Part shown: piece after piece, positions 1 to 12,259 of the stretch
How the letters are laid out: every line of letters begins with the position of its first letter
Position numbering within the stretch: position 1 is the first letter of the stretch
DNA from: Aplysia californica
Taxonomy: Eukaryota
Length of the DNA stretch: 56,276 nt
Assembly (NCBI RefSeq): GCF_000002075.1
Contig: NW_004797968.1
Span: 1-56,276, forward strand
Reading direction: 5' to 3'
Notes under the pieces: generated by a model
Seen by the model: only the letters and a program-made list of their open reading frames with translations
Told to the model about the DNA's origin: nothing
Database searches by the model: none
Made by a program: the position numbers and the translations under genes

Positions 1-2
1 AT

Positions 3-34
<32 letters not shown>

Positions 35-70
35 AGAGAGGGAGAGAGAGGGAGAGAGAGGGAGAGAGGG
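1..70. repeat. (GA)n/(GGGA) microsatellite
   Basis: Seen directly. Confidence 0.95.
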
Positions 71-1452
71 ATATAGATACACGATACACCATCAAAAAGA
101 CGTCGACAGGCTACTTGATAGACTATAAGCGCGGGAACTACTTATTGTGTTTGCAACAACGAAAACCTTGACCACCAAACCGCAACCGTCGGCACTACAA
201 CCTTCATTACCTGCTTTTTTTGACGTAATATAATATTTTGTCACAGCCTACAGACAACTCAGGATTAATAGTCACTTTTACTAGTTGGTCAAAATTTCAT
301 GCCCCCCCCTGAAGTATGACTTGAGCATAACTCACGATCTTAGAAATCACTCTTGTGCTTAAAAGACGAAGTGCCTCAAGCTCCCAAGTTTAGCAAAGAA
401 AGATTGTTTTTAACTTGTGAAGAATCTTTGGTTACAGCCGAGTACTAAATATAGTAACTAGGTCAGGTGTTGTCAGTTATGTTAGGCTACAGTGTACTAC
501 AATGGGGAAGGAAGTCTGCATAAGGGCTGACCTGGCTGATTTCTTGCCACTTTCTCCGGATACTTTGAAGTGGTAATATTCGAAGCTGGCCAGCTTGCCA
601 GGAAAAGCAAAACGTTTGACAGTCTGTTCGCATTCGAAAAGGAAGACAGTGTATCCCCCAAGAGAGATGAACTGATACACTTTTTCCTCAAACTTGATCA
701 AACAGGTTAGTCGAGATGGTAACTTTTAAATAGTAATAAGGCATCACAATAATAATAACTTTATTGTTTTCCTTCAAGTTAAGGCTCGTTACAAAACGAA
801 TAGAATAAATAGTGCACGAATATACCTTGCGCTGCTAGAACTGTTTCTTTGCTGCCAGTCTGTTGTTTTTGTATATTTACCTGTCTTGTTCTTTCCCGTT
901 ACACTTGTTGTGTCGATGTTTCTCTCTCTTTTCCACGAATTATGTGTATTTTACGGAATGCTGCTTCGCTCGTGTTAGTAGCGGGCCCTTCGTAGACAGG
1001 GGAAACAGAATTATTTTTACTGTTAGCCTATCACGCACAATACGAGGCTGCAAAGGACCTATGTTCCTCGGCTCGTAAGGCTACGAGATTCGAGTTTTGA
1101 CTTCAAAACCACGCACGTTAGCTATACTGAGTACTCGAGTAGATAGAATTGATAGCGTGTGTGTGCTCGCCTGTCTGTTTTATAAAACAGAGTACACTCA
1201 AATCTCACTGTACCGCCCCCCACCCACCCCCGTTACCCGTTAAGTGCCAGCTCTACTTACCACCAGGTTTTGCCAATGTACTAAAAGGAGCCTCTATTCT
1301 CTATGAGCATATTATTTCATATCGCCTTCACACCGCCTTCCGCAAACTGTCTGCCCGAGGTACATACAGCACATGGCAGACTATACCCACTACCCACTGG
1401 TTGACTACTTGATACTTGATGATCTTTCTCCCGCGGTAAAGACACACACGAA

Positions 1453-1490
<38 letters not shown>

Positions 1491-1756
1491 TATATATATA
1501 NNNNNNNNNNNNNNNNNNNNNNNNNNNNNNNNNNNNNNNNNNNNNNNNNNNNNNNNNNNNNNNNNNNNNNNNNNNNNNNNNNNNNNNNNNNNNNNNNNNN
1601 NNNNNNNNNNNNNNNNNNNNNNNNNNNNNNNNNNNNNNNNNNNNNNNNNNNNNNNNNNNNNNNNNNNNNNNNNNNNNNNNNNNNNNNNNNNNNNNNNNNN
1701 NNNNNNNNNNNNNNNNNNNNNNNNNNNNNNNNNNNNNNNNNNNNNNNNNNNNNNNN

Positions 1757-1787
<31 letters not shown>

Positions 1788-2020
1788 TCTTGGCTCTGAA
1801 TACATGTGCGCATGTACATGTATATCAGAAAAACAAAAAGACGTTTTTTTAAAATCACATAGCTCAGCAGAATCATATTCCTTGACGTTTGGCATTCGGG
1901 CCTATACTATGCAGCAGAGAAGCACAGTTGAACTGCCAGCCCCATCTATTCCGCCAACTTCGTGCTCACCTCAAGGGTTGTGGTATAACGAGGTTTGGCA
2001 GCATCAGAAGTAGGCCACCC

Positions 2021-2825
2021 GCGTCTTTGATGTAACGGATAGGCGCTTTGCTGTCGTGCGCAGAGGACCTGAGTTTGATTCCCGTGTGAGAATTTCCAAC
2101 GGGTGTCCGTGGGGGCTCTTAGGTCTAGATGTACGGTTTTGGCCTCTAGGTCAAAAAGGTTGCAGAGACGAATCCTGTCTGCGACGAACAAGTATGCCTA
2201 TTCTTCTCTAAACATTATCTTCCCGGTATACCTTTCCTACTTTCTAATCATGTTCTGACATCAGCTTCCATCACCCCTTTATCTGCCATCCCCACCCCTT
2301 GCCCCCTTCGTGCTTCTTTCTCCGCTACTCCTTATTCTCTTTTGCTATCTCTGGCTACTTCTAACTGCACTTCTGTCTTTCAGCCACACCCCTGATTCCA
2401 GGGAACGAAAAATCTCGGTGGTCTCGGGTGCAAGTTCCTTGGTGGTTCTAAAATCGATATGAGTAGGTTTAGGCCACTACCTGGACAAAATTCAAAATTA
2501 ACTCATACCGAAACTGAAAATAGTCATTATGAAAAAGACTTACAGTACCTTCGAAATCGGAATGCGGCTGCTTGAAGGCAAGCGGCCATACGAAGTACAG
2601 GACAATAGACCAGGTCACAATTGCATTTCAGATTGAAGAACCAGCAGTCGGCTTATCCTGATGTCTAGCACATGAACGCAAAGAAGAAGAAAGATCGAGT
2701 ATCTCGGACGTTCTGCTGGGACGTTGTATTCATTTCATCTAGGGTTGGTCTTGACAGGCTGGGTCGAAGCCCAATATCCTAAATGATCTAAAGTCTCTCT
2801 ATGGGGCCATAAAACGCCAACATTT
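2021..2825 (+). mobile_element. Old tRNA-derived SINE (A) with a second old SINE (B, ~2111-2695) nested inside; part of the duplicated unit
   Basis: Two degenerate tRNA-like heads (2021, 2111). The body of B resembles the young SINE family. Homologues at ~10300-11610, 20000-20830 and 33350-33830. Confidence 0.6.
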
Positions 2826-3236
2826 TTATTTTTAGAAACAGGCTATACCATGCACCATGAGACGTGACCTAAAATGTATCCTGCAAAGGTGCATTGTGAC
2901 AAAAGGAAAATTTTTACCACAAAAAGGGTTACACTAAATTTAGAAACCATTAAATCTTAAAGATTGTCCTCCTTAGCACAAGAACTGACGTGTTTTTACT
3001 TGAAAAAAATAAGACTGATAGTTCGGATTTTCTTCACTTCATAATAACAGCTATGGTAGATAATCATTCGTATGAGAAAATATTGCTATAAGGTCAACTA
3101 CATCTCATCGTCGGCCTTGAACGATTTGTAATCTTCGGCACTGCGCCTTCTTTAACACGCTCTGCTTTTTCCCACCGTCTATCATAGACAGGGGGCATGT
3201 TTAGATTATATTATCGTCTTTCAAACCGTAAGACCC

Positions 3237-3270
<34 letters not shown>

Positions 3271-3892
3271 CTATTTTGAAAAAAAATAAAAATTATATAG
3301 TCTTATCTCGTGTTGACCTGTCTATTCCGATTTCGGGCCTTCCCATTTCATGCCATTACTCACCATCTGATCAAATTGACCATGTTGCTGGTTGGGGGCA
3401 GGGGTTGGGGGTGGGAAGGGGATGTGTCACTGGTATGTTTGTCTTGCTTTCCCCTCCAACACACGGTTGTTTTCGATTTGCTTCACTTTTTTTTTCAAAC
3501 TTAATTCGAAACTTGGTCAAGTTTTATCTTTGCGTATAGTAGCTGGTTGGACGCACCACAAGAGGATCTTTTTTCCTCTTTTTTTCTGTCCGTCTATTCG
3601 CCTTTATTCCCCAAAATGTTGTAGTGTTTAGAAAATCAATGTGCTTCCCTTTTCTAAAACATATTTTTGTAAGTCTTCAACTTTTTAAATTGGGGGTTGG
3701 CGGGCGGTCAGGTGTGGTTTGCCCCTTTTTTCTTAACAAACATCTTTCGTTCATATCTCTCTTCCTTCTGTGTCTGTTACTCCCTGGTGACACATTTGAT
3801 CTTCGGCACTTATATGACCTATTTGTGTTGCAAGTGCGGTAAAACTTAGACGAAAAAAGAATAACAATCATTTTGAACCTTACTTTCTTCAG

Positions 3893-4039
3893 CCTCTGGG
3901 CAATGTGAGCGTGACCAAAGAGGCAGTGGCTGAGGCTGTGAGCTTCCTTGCATCGGACGCCGCCAGTTTCCTCACAGGTCTGTGTATGCCGGTGGATGGC
4001 GGCAGATCTTTCACGGGGACATTTGGGAACAAGTCCTAG
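3893..4039 (+). pseudogene. Orphan terminal exon (exon 3) of the SDR family, with no exon 1 or 2 upstream in the window
   Basis: ttcttcag acceptor then PLGNVSVTKEAVAEAVSFLASDAASFLTGLCMPVDGGRSFTGTFGNKS*, nearly identical to exon 3 of copies 1-4. It is preceded by ~600 bp of intron-2-like sequence. Confidence 0.8.
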
Positions 4040-4716
4040 TGCTGGGGAATTTACCTACACCGTCATGTCCGGACTTTGAACACAGATAGCCGGAGACAAA
4101 GTGTTTTACCCAACATTTANNNNNNNNNNNNNNNNNNNNNNNNNNNNNNNNNNNNNNNNNNNNNNNNNNNNNNNNNNNNNNNNNNNNNNNNNNNNNNNNN
4201 NNNNNNNNNNNNNNNNNNNTATATATATATATATATTACATCTTACGGTACTGTCTCTAAATCTGAAATAGCCTGATCTTAGAATGATTGAATTTCCGTT
4301 GTACTGTCTACACAATAATGGCTGAATGTGAAATTCAGAAAAAGGTCTAGAAAAAAATAATTATTTAATGCAGTGTACCTGTGTTCAGATGCTGTCAGTG
4401 GGAGGCGGACGTTTAAACTGTTGTGAAATTACTATGACGATGGGCTCGATGAATTTGGAAAAAACCCATCGATGTGCTATGTGTAGCCCGTTGGATCATG
4501 GTCTAACTTGCCGCTATTATGAGTTCTCCATAACTTCTATATCTGCTGTGTCCAAAGAAATATGAAAAACATTTGGTTCTGAAGGATAAAAAAAACTACG
4601 ACGTATTACGGTTGACAAATAATCAAATAAACGGAAGTAAAGGCTTAGATAGTGCTTCCATAATAGTACATTATCATTCTTCAAAACAAAATAACGATCT
4701 TATTTAATTTGAAATA

Positions 4717-5242
4717 GGGGGGCTCTCGTGGCCTAGAGGTTAAGGTGTTGGCCTCTCATTCAAAGGTCCCGGGTTCGATTCCGGGTAGCGACCAAAATAT
4801 TTTCTTCTCTAAAATTGTCTCCTTTCACATCCTTTCCTGATCTCTAACAATGTTCTGTTGTCTGCTTTCATTTCCACTTTCCGCCCCCACCCCCTCACCT
4901 CCTTTGCCCCCTCCTCTGGGCTCCTGACTCTTTCTGCAGCCTTTCTACTGCTACTCCTTGGCTCCTCCTAACTGCTGTCTTTCTGCCACACCCCTGATCT
5001 TCTGGTAGGAAAGATCTACACCTAGCCTTCTCGGACAAGGGCGAAAAATCTCGGAGGTCCCGTGTGCAAGTTGCGCACGTTAAATATCCCTTGGTGGTCT
5101 AAAATCGATAAGAGTAGGCTTCGGCCGCCACCCGAGCAAAATTCAAAATTTCCTACCAACGAAAAAGTATTAGGTGTGTCCCGCGCGCTCATATGACCTT
5201 ATGCAGTTGCGAGCGCCGTAAAACCCTATACTAAACAAACAA
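4717..5242 (+). mobile_element. tRNA-derived SINE, young family, full length
   Basis: Head GGGGGCTCTCGTGGCCTAGAGGTTAAGG (A box) ... GGTTCGATTCC (B box), tail GCCGTAAAACCC...(AAAC)n. TSD TAATTTGAAAT at 4705-4715 and 5243-5253. Confidence 0.9.
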
Positions 5243-5537
5243 TAATTTGAAATGAGTACTTTTTAAAGAAAAAACCCAAAGTGAAACTGACACAAGCTAA
5301 GAAAATTACATGTACACGTTATCCGTGTTTTCGTCTCGAGCGCATCGACCGGGTATTCTGGTAAGGGTAAGATATTCATTTTGCACAACGCAAATCACAT
5401 TTCCTTTGTGCATTTCTTTGAACAGTAAGAGCAGAACATTTTTTTCACAGGAGTTACCACTGCCTGCAAATAGTAACCCCATTTGACTGAATCGAAGATA
5501 ACGTAGACACAAACCTACAGCCCAGACTTCAGGCAAA

Positions 5538-8252
5538 ATGGCGTCAAGGAGAAGCCAACACACTGAACAACTCAAAGGCAAAGTCTGTGTCGTGACCGGA
5601 GCCAGCTCTGGGTTAGGGGAGAGCATCGCCATCATGTTCGCCCAGAGAGGGGCATCTGTCACCTTATGTGGCCGGAATGAGGACAGGCTCCAGGCCTCCT
5701 TGACCTTGTGTGTCCAGGCCAGTGGAGGTCAAGCTGACCGCTTTTTGGCCGTGAGCGGGGACGTTGTCGACCTCTCTGCAAGGAAGGCGATTGTGGAGAA
5801 GACGGTAGAGAAATTTGGACGTCTGGACGTGTTGGTGGCTAATGCTGGTGTAGCAGATCCTCATTGTGGTATTCTGACTGCCAGTGAAGAGACTTTTGAT
5901 AAAATCATGAACACGAATGTAAAAGCAGTGTTCTTCCAGATTCAAGAAGCGGTGCCACATCTGGCAGCGAGCAAGGGCAACATTATCGTTGTGTCATCCA
6001 TGTTGTCATTTATGGCTTGCTCACCCAACATCCTGTATCCGATGTCAAAAGCGGCAGTGGATCACATGATCCGATGTCTGGCCGTCGACCTTGGGCCGAA
6101 AGAGATCCGGGTCAACGCTGTGAATCCTTCCCTCATTCCCACAAGAATGCGTAGGTTTGTATTTTGTCCTGGCTTGATTTCCACGAGAAGTTTACGTTAT
6201 TCTAGAATATTTTATTTCAAAATGAATCGGAGTCAGCTTTTTAAAAGGTAGATTATCAATAAACCCTTAAGAACAAAATAAAAGAAGAAGGGCAGAAAGT
6301 CACGAATATATCTGGAAAGAAAGGGAAAAATTGTTACCTTAGAATTTGAAATTCAATCAGGTAAAAACCAGAGGCTTTGGCTACATTGCCCTTTGATTCA
6401 CAGCATATTGAAACAGCGAAATAACACCAGTGGCAAAGCTGACTACGCTAATAGAAAGGAATACATGACCGTGAATTAGTAGATCTTTGAAAAGACAATC
6501 ATGTTCACTACTCCTCACCAATCACTTTTAATTCACCACAACCCAGACAAGGCATGGTAAAGCAGCTCAGAAAGAATTTGCATTCAGAACTTTCACATTT
6601 TTCTCTGCAACGAATTACATCTTTATTGTGGATTTCAGTGGTAAACTGTATGATCTTATTACCCCCCCCCCTTTTCCCAACCTTCTGAATCCTCTCCCTC
6701 TATTTTCAGAGACTACGCCCCCGATGAAGAAACTATGGATAAGCAGTACAACCAAGCGCTTGTCCCAGAAATTGAAAAACAGGTCTGTGGTCTCAAGTCC
6801 ACGTTTTGTACGTTCTCAATACCTGCCTGCCTGTGCTTTGCGCTGCAAACCTTGAAATTGACCTGCTTTGTGGTAATTAAAATCAGGGGTTTGGCACATG
6901 TAGTTCCAAATTATTCTTATTATTTCTGCTAGAAGTAGAAGACTCCGATCGAAAGTAGATCACTTAGGCCCCCGATTCCTTGGTGGAGCACAAAACATCA
7001 AGGAAAAGTTTCAAAAGGGATGATGGAAACCCTCCTATTTCTAACTTAAAACGTTCGAACGTTAGTCCTTTGGTAAGAGAAAAAATCCAAGCTGTCTTTT
7101 TTCATCTTCTTATTCATTCTAAATGAATCAGTCAATCTGGTGGTGTGCACAAGCTATGCAGTTTTTTGAAGATTTTTGAACGTACCCGGTACCTTTTAAC
7201 GCCCTTTCCCCTGCAGTGTAGTTTTCCATGTCTGTGCTCTTGGTCAAGCCCCCATCCAGTATTTCAACAGCGGCAGGCATATTATTGCTTACCGTGTCTC
7301 TTTTGTATTCCTAACGGTGGTAATTTTCTGTGCTTACGAGAGGTTATCCCAAGCTTGATAAAAAGAAAACTTCTCTAAGATGAACCTGCTTTACAGCACT
7401 TAGTTACTTATTGGTATTTTCACATTTAGTTTAAAAATAACGACCGCAGACCTCTTGGACTGGCGTCTGGGAGGTAATGGGTAGACTCTTTGCTGTTGCA
7501 CGCTGATGACGTGAATTTGATTCTCGATTGGAACATTTTATTTTATCAGATATATCTTAATGTCACTACTGGGATGCAGCATTCCACTCAGCTCGGGTTG
7601 GCCCTTATAGACAGAGTCGAAGTAGCTTGCGCTTTTAAATGTTATAAATTGTCTCACTAAAGACGTAAAAAATCAATTCATTCCTTCAGCCTTCAATTAT
7701 AATGTGATTCAGATTCAAGCCCAAACTCATATTATAATATACAGATTATTTTCAAACGTTTGGAGCTCCAGAGCCTCCAGCAATTGTGAATTAACTAGGG
7801 AAGGGGATATTGAAATGATTTTGCTACGAAATTTTATGTAATGTCTTCTTATTTATCCAATCCTTTCTTATAACCCGATGTCCCCTTATATCTCTTGTGA
7901 GTGCTTGGTGGGTGCTCTGGTGTGGTTTGCTCCTTTATTCCCATCAAACGTCTTTCGTTATTTCCTCTCCTCCTTTGCATGTTTCTCTCTTGTAAAAAAA
8001 CCCAACTAATTTCCGACACTTATGACCTTATTTGTGTTGCATGCAAGTGTCATAAAACGTTTACTAAAACTAAACTAAAACCGATTTGAAAATTATTTTC
8101 TCCAGCCTCTGGGCAATGTGGGCGTGACCAAAGAGGCAGTGGCTGAGGCTGTGAGCTTCCTTGCATCGGACGCCGCCAGTTTCCTCACAGGTCTGTGTAT
8201 GCCGGTGGATGGCGGCAGATCTTTCGCGGGGACATTTGGGAACAAGTCCTAG
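5538..8252 (+). CDS. Classical SDR / FabG-like oxidoreductase, copy 1 (278 aa); exons 5538-6154, 6710-6782, 8106-8252
   Basis: Motifs TGASSGLG, NAG and catalytic N127-S154-Y167xxxK171 (YPMSK), IRVNAVNP and C-terminal FLTGLCMPVDGG. GT-AG introns in phases 2 and 0 give one continuous frame. R46 after beta-2 suggests NADP(H) preference (inference). Confidence 0.93.
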
Positions 8253-10410
8253 TGCTAGGGAATCTATCTACGCCGTCATGTCCGGACTTTGGACACAGAT
8301 AGCGGAGACACACACCATTAAAAGAGACTCAAAGCTGTTGAAATTACAATAAAACAAAAATTTTGAAAGACTCTAATTTTTGGAAATTGTCTTTGACTCT
8401 GGAATCAAGTTTTCTCTTCTGCCCCCNNNNNNNNNNNNNNNNNNNNNNNNNNNNNNNNNNNNNNNNNNNNNNNNNNNNNNNNNNNNNNNNNNNNNNNNNN
8501 NNNNNNNNNNNNNNNNNNNNNNNNNNNNNNNNNNNNNNNNNNNNNNNNNNNNNNNNNNNNNNNNNNNNNNNNNNNNNNNNNNNNNNNNNNNNNNNNNNNN
8601 NNNNNNNNNNNNNNNNNNNNNNNNNNNNNNNNNNNNNNNNNNNNNNNNNNNNNNNNNNNNNNNNNNNNNNNNNNNNNNNNNNNNNNNNNNNNNNNNNNNN
8701 NNNNNNNNNNNNNNNNNNNNNNNNNNNNNNNNNNNNNNNNNNNNNNNNNNNNNNNNNNNNNNNNNNNNNNNNNNNNNNNNNNNNNNNNNNNNNNNNNNNN
8801 NNNNNNNNNNNNNNNNNNNNNNNNNNNNNNNNNNNNNNNNNNNNNNNNNNNNNNNNNNNNNNNNNNNNNNNNNNNNNNNNNNNNNNNNNNNNNNNNNNNN
8901 NNNNNNNNNNNNGAGAGAGGGTGGGGAGGTTAAGGGAGGTTCCCATGACACCCACATCTTTTCATACTTCTTTTAAAAAGTTCTATAGGCCCTATATACT
9001 TTGATTCGGTCAATAAAGAAATAAACCACCTCGTAGATAAAGTGCTGTTGAAGCAATAAAGGTTGTTTTTTTTTCTTCTTTTCTTTAAAGCCCATATCTC
9101 TATTCTATCTATTTAATAATACATTTATTTGTAGATCTAGTTGTAGAAAGAACGCCGTATTATTGCAATTTAGTAATTTAGATATATAGTACGCCACGGC
9201 GCCCATGTAAAAAAAAAAAATCAACAAGAACCAAGCCTCGCCTGTCGCGTATGAGAGAGAGAGAAACATGCCTAGCCCATTGCTTTAGCATGAACTCCTT
9301 CAGTAATTCACACAACTTGCCACAAAAAACATGGCGGACGCCGCTGTCAAATGTGGCCATCGCGCAGCAAGGCGAGAGAGGGGCGTACTGTATCTAGTAC
9401 TATAGTGTACATCTATGGTCGTCACTATAAGCGAGGATTTCATGCCACTTAGTCCCGGTAATTTGGAGTGACAACATCAGACGCTAGCCAGGAAAAGTAA
9501 AACGTTTGATGGTCTGTACACATTCTAAAAGGAAGACGTCAGTGTATTCAAGAGAAATGAACTGACTCATTATCCCCTCAGATTTGATTGGAACACGCTG
9601 GTCATAATTGGTAAGTTGTACGGCACCACATAATACGCTATTGTTTTCCTTTAAGGTAAGGATCTTTACTTGAGGTATAGAATAAATAGTGCACGAATCT
9701 ACCTTGTGCAGCTAGATCTACACATTTAGTTCCCTTCTGTCGTTTCTGTAAGTCTGTCTTGCTCTATCCCAGTAGTAAATGACAATAATTATGGTGTCGA
9801 TATGCCTCTCTCTTTACCCTAAATTATCATGTGTATTTTACGGGATGCTGTCTCGCGCGTGTGGTAGCGGGACCCACTTAATAGGCTCGCAGGTGAACAT
9901 AATTAGATCTATTTCTACTGCTAACCTGTTATGCATACAGTTACAGTAGAAAGCCGCAAAAGACACAGGTTCCTCGATTCGGAAGACAACAAGATTCGAG
10001 TTTTGACATCAGAATCATGCATATATTAGTATTAGTATTAGCCATAACCCTAGTAATAGAAGTGGTAACTCTGGTGCTCGCCAGAAAAACATTCTCCACA
10101 ATACCAATGTCGGACAGAAACCACCCAGGAAACTAAATTGCAAACGATCGTAACCCCTATGAACCCAACACAAGAAATTGTAAGTGCCATGGATATACTA
10201 CAGCAGTACCGCCAGATTTGTTATTGAAGCTGGTCTCCATAATAAAAAGCATACAAAAAGAAGAAAACGGAATGTTGTCGGTCTGTTTTATCTTTCTCCT
10301 AACTGCATCGTCTTTCAGCTACATCCCTGATCTTATGAGGCGAAACATCTTGGTGGCTCCGGGCACAAATTGCGTACGTTAAATTTCACTTGGTAGTCCT
10401 AAATTAAATA

Positions 10411-11005
10411 CAGTGGAAACCTGATATAACAGGGATGGTGGGAGTAGAGAAAATGTCCTGTTATATCCGATCCCTGTTAAATCAGAAATGCAAGGAAAGT
10501 AAGCATTTGTGGACTAATCCAGCTGTACTTATTCACGGGTAGTAGTTTCCTTTGCCACAAGTACCCACGAACAGGGGTTTTGGCACCAACTTTCTCCTTG
10601 CCTCCTTAAACCACTTCAGAAGAGCTTGGTCCACAACATCTGCATCGGGTAGTCTCATCTTCTTTCGATCCGGAGCAAACTTTTCATTGGAGTATGCTGC
10701 CACTATCTTCTCTCTATCCTTGATAACGGTGTCAATCGACCCTTGTGGAGTGTCGAACTAACGACAAATCTCTGCCAGTGGAGCTTGCTTTTTGTCAACA
10801 GCCTGGATTACTTCGTATTTTTTGTCAATTGAAAGGCATTTTCTCTTGTGCTTGACCTCGTTGGTGGCAGTAGACACATTACTCGTTTGTGTTGCTAGGT
10901 TTGGGGCTAGATCGAGGTCTGCAGCACACCGCAGCCCTCTCTCGCTTCACACGCTGCGTGTGCTTGCAGTGGCATGGCTTGCATGGCCTTGCTCCATCAC
11001 TGCCT

Positions 11006-11072
<67 letters not shown>

Positions 11073-11257
11073 TCTTACTTTTTACACATTGTTAACGAGC
11101 CTTTGTCCCTGCTATAACCGGTTGGGCTCTGATGAGGCCCTGTTATTGCCGATAAATTTTAATAGAGACAAAGAGTAGAAAAAATCGGGGATTAAAAAAA
11201 TCCCTGTTATTACCGGATCCCTGTTATTACCGGGCCTGTTATATATGGTTTTCACTG
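10411..11257 (-). mobile_element. Tigger/pogo-type non-autonomous DNA transposon with N-terminal transposase remnant
   Basis: TA-flanked TIRs CAGTGGAAACC..ATATAACAGG / CCTGTTATAT..GGTTTTCACTG. Minus-strand remnant KRKCLSIDKKYEVIQAVDK...EICR*FD...RKKMRL...VDQALLKWFKEAR is a psq/CENP-B-type HTH. Confidence 0.85.
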
Positions 11258-11726
11258 TAGATAAGAGTAGGCTTAGGCCACCATTCGGACAAAATTCAGA
11301 ATCAACTCTGACCAAAACTGAAAATAGTCAGTATGATAAAAGAGAGTGCCTTCGACATAGGAAAGTGGCTGCTTGAAGGCAAGGGGTCATACGAAATAGG
11401 AAAACATGTCACAGTTGCACAGTAGCTTAACTGTTGGCTTATCCTGATATCTAGTTAGCACATGACCGCACAGAAGAAAGATCGAATATCTCGGTCCTTC
11501 TGTTGGGACGATATACCGCTCTCAGCTCGAGTTGGTCCTGACCGGCAGGATCGAAACCCACATCCTAAACGATCTAAGCTTTGTCGATGGGGGCGTAAAA
11601 CACCAAAATCTTAAGTTTTAGAAACAGGCTATACCCTGGATCCCGAGACTTTACCAAAACGTATCCTGCAAAGGTGTATTGTGACAGAAGGCACATTTTA
11701 TGTTTCGAAAGTGTTACACTATATTT

Positions 11727-12259
11727 GGGGGCTCTCGTGGCCTAGAGGTAAAGGTGTTGGCCTCTCATTCAAAGGTCCCGGGTTCGAATCCGGGTAGCGA
11801 CCGAAAAATTTTCTTCTCTAAAATTGTCTCCTTTCACCTCCTTTCCTGCTCTCTAGCAATATTCTGTCGTCTGCTTTCGTCTCCTCTTTCTGCCCCCACC
11901 CCCTCACCTCCCTTGCCCCCTCCTCTGTGCTCCTGACTCTTTCTGCAGCCTTTCTACTGCTACTCCTTGACTCCTTCTTACAGCTGTCTTTCTACCACAC
12001 CCCTGATCTTCTGGTAGGAAAGATCTACACCTAGCCTTCTCGGACAAGGGCGAAAAATCTCGGAGGGCCCGTGTGCAAGTTGCGCACGTTAAAGAGCCTT
12101 TGGTGGTCTAAAATCGATAAGAGTAGGCTTCGGCCGCCACCCGGGCAAAATCCAAAATTTCCTACCAACAGAAGGGTATTAGGTGTGTCCCGCGCGCTCA
12201 TATGACCTTAAGCAGTACTGAGCGCCGTAAAACCCTATACTAAACAAACAAACAACAAA
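11727..12259 (+). mobile_element. tRNA-derived SINE, young family, full length
   Basis: Near-identical to 4717-5242. TSD ACACTATATTT at 11716-11726 and 12260-12270. Confidence 0.9.

Noticed and set aside
4717-4795. tRNA gene candidates at the SINE heads (also 11727, 15568, 21456, 36049, 43499)
   Set aside because: The A/B boxes run into a shared SINE body and tail, most with clear TSDs, and there is no complete acceptor stem.
5306-5960. Recurrent minus-strand ORFs (MTDAPLWANM..., MWHRFL...) in every unit
   Set aside because: They are antisense shadows of the conserved SDR exon 1, with variable ends and no independent motifs.
5538-6154. Bacterial fabG operon, contamination or recent horizontal transfer
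   Set aside because: The genes have conserved spliceosomal introns and sit among animal transposons. An ancient origin cannot be judged without a phylogeny, so no gene symbol is given.
6155-6251. C-terminal tails of the single-exon SDR ORFs in the track (also to 14482, 23330, 46801)
   Set aside because: Read-through into intron 1. The true C-terminus comes from exons 2-3 via conserved GT-AG sites.
8344-9004. Long ORFs spanning N runs or microsatellites (also 1317-1895, 32812-33418, 40845-41551, 47688-48008, 49217-49704, 52607-53455)
   Set aside because: Artefacts of gaps and simple repeats. Only the 53275-53375 part of the 52483-53511 ORF is a real exon.
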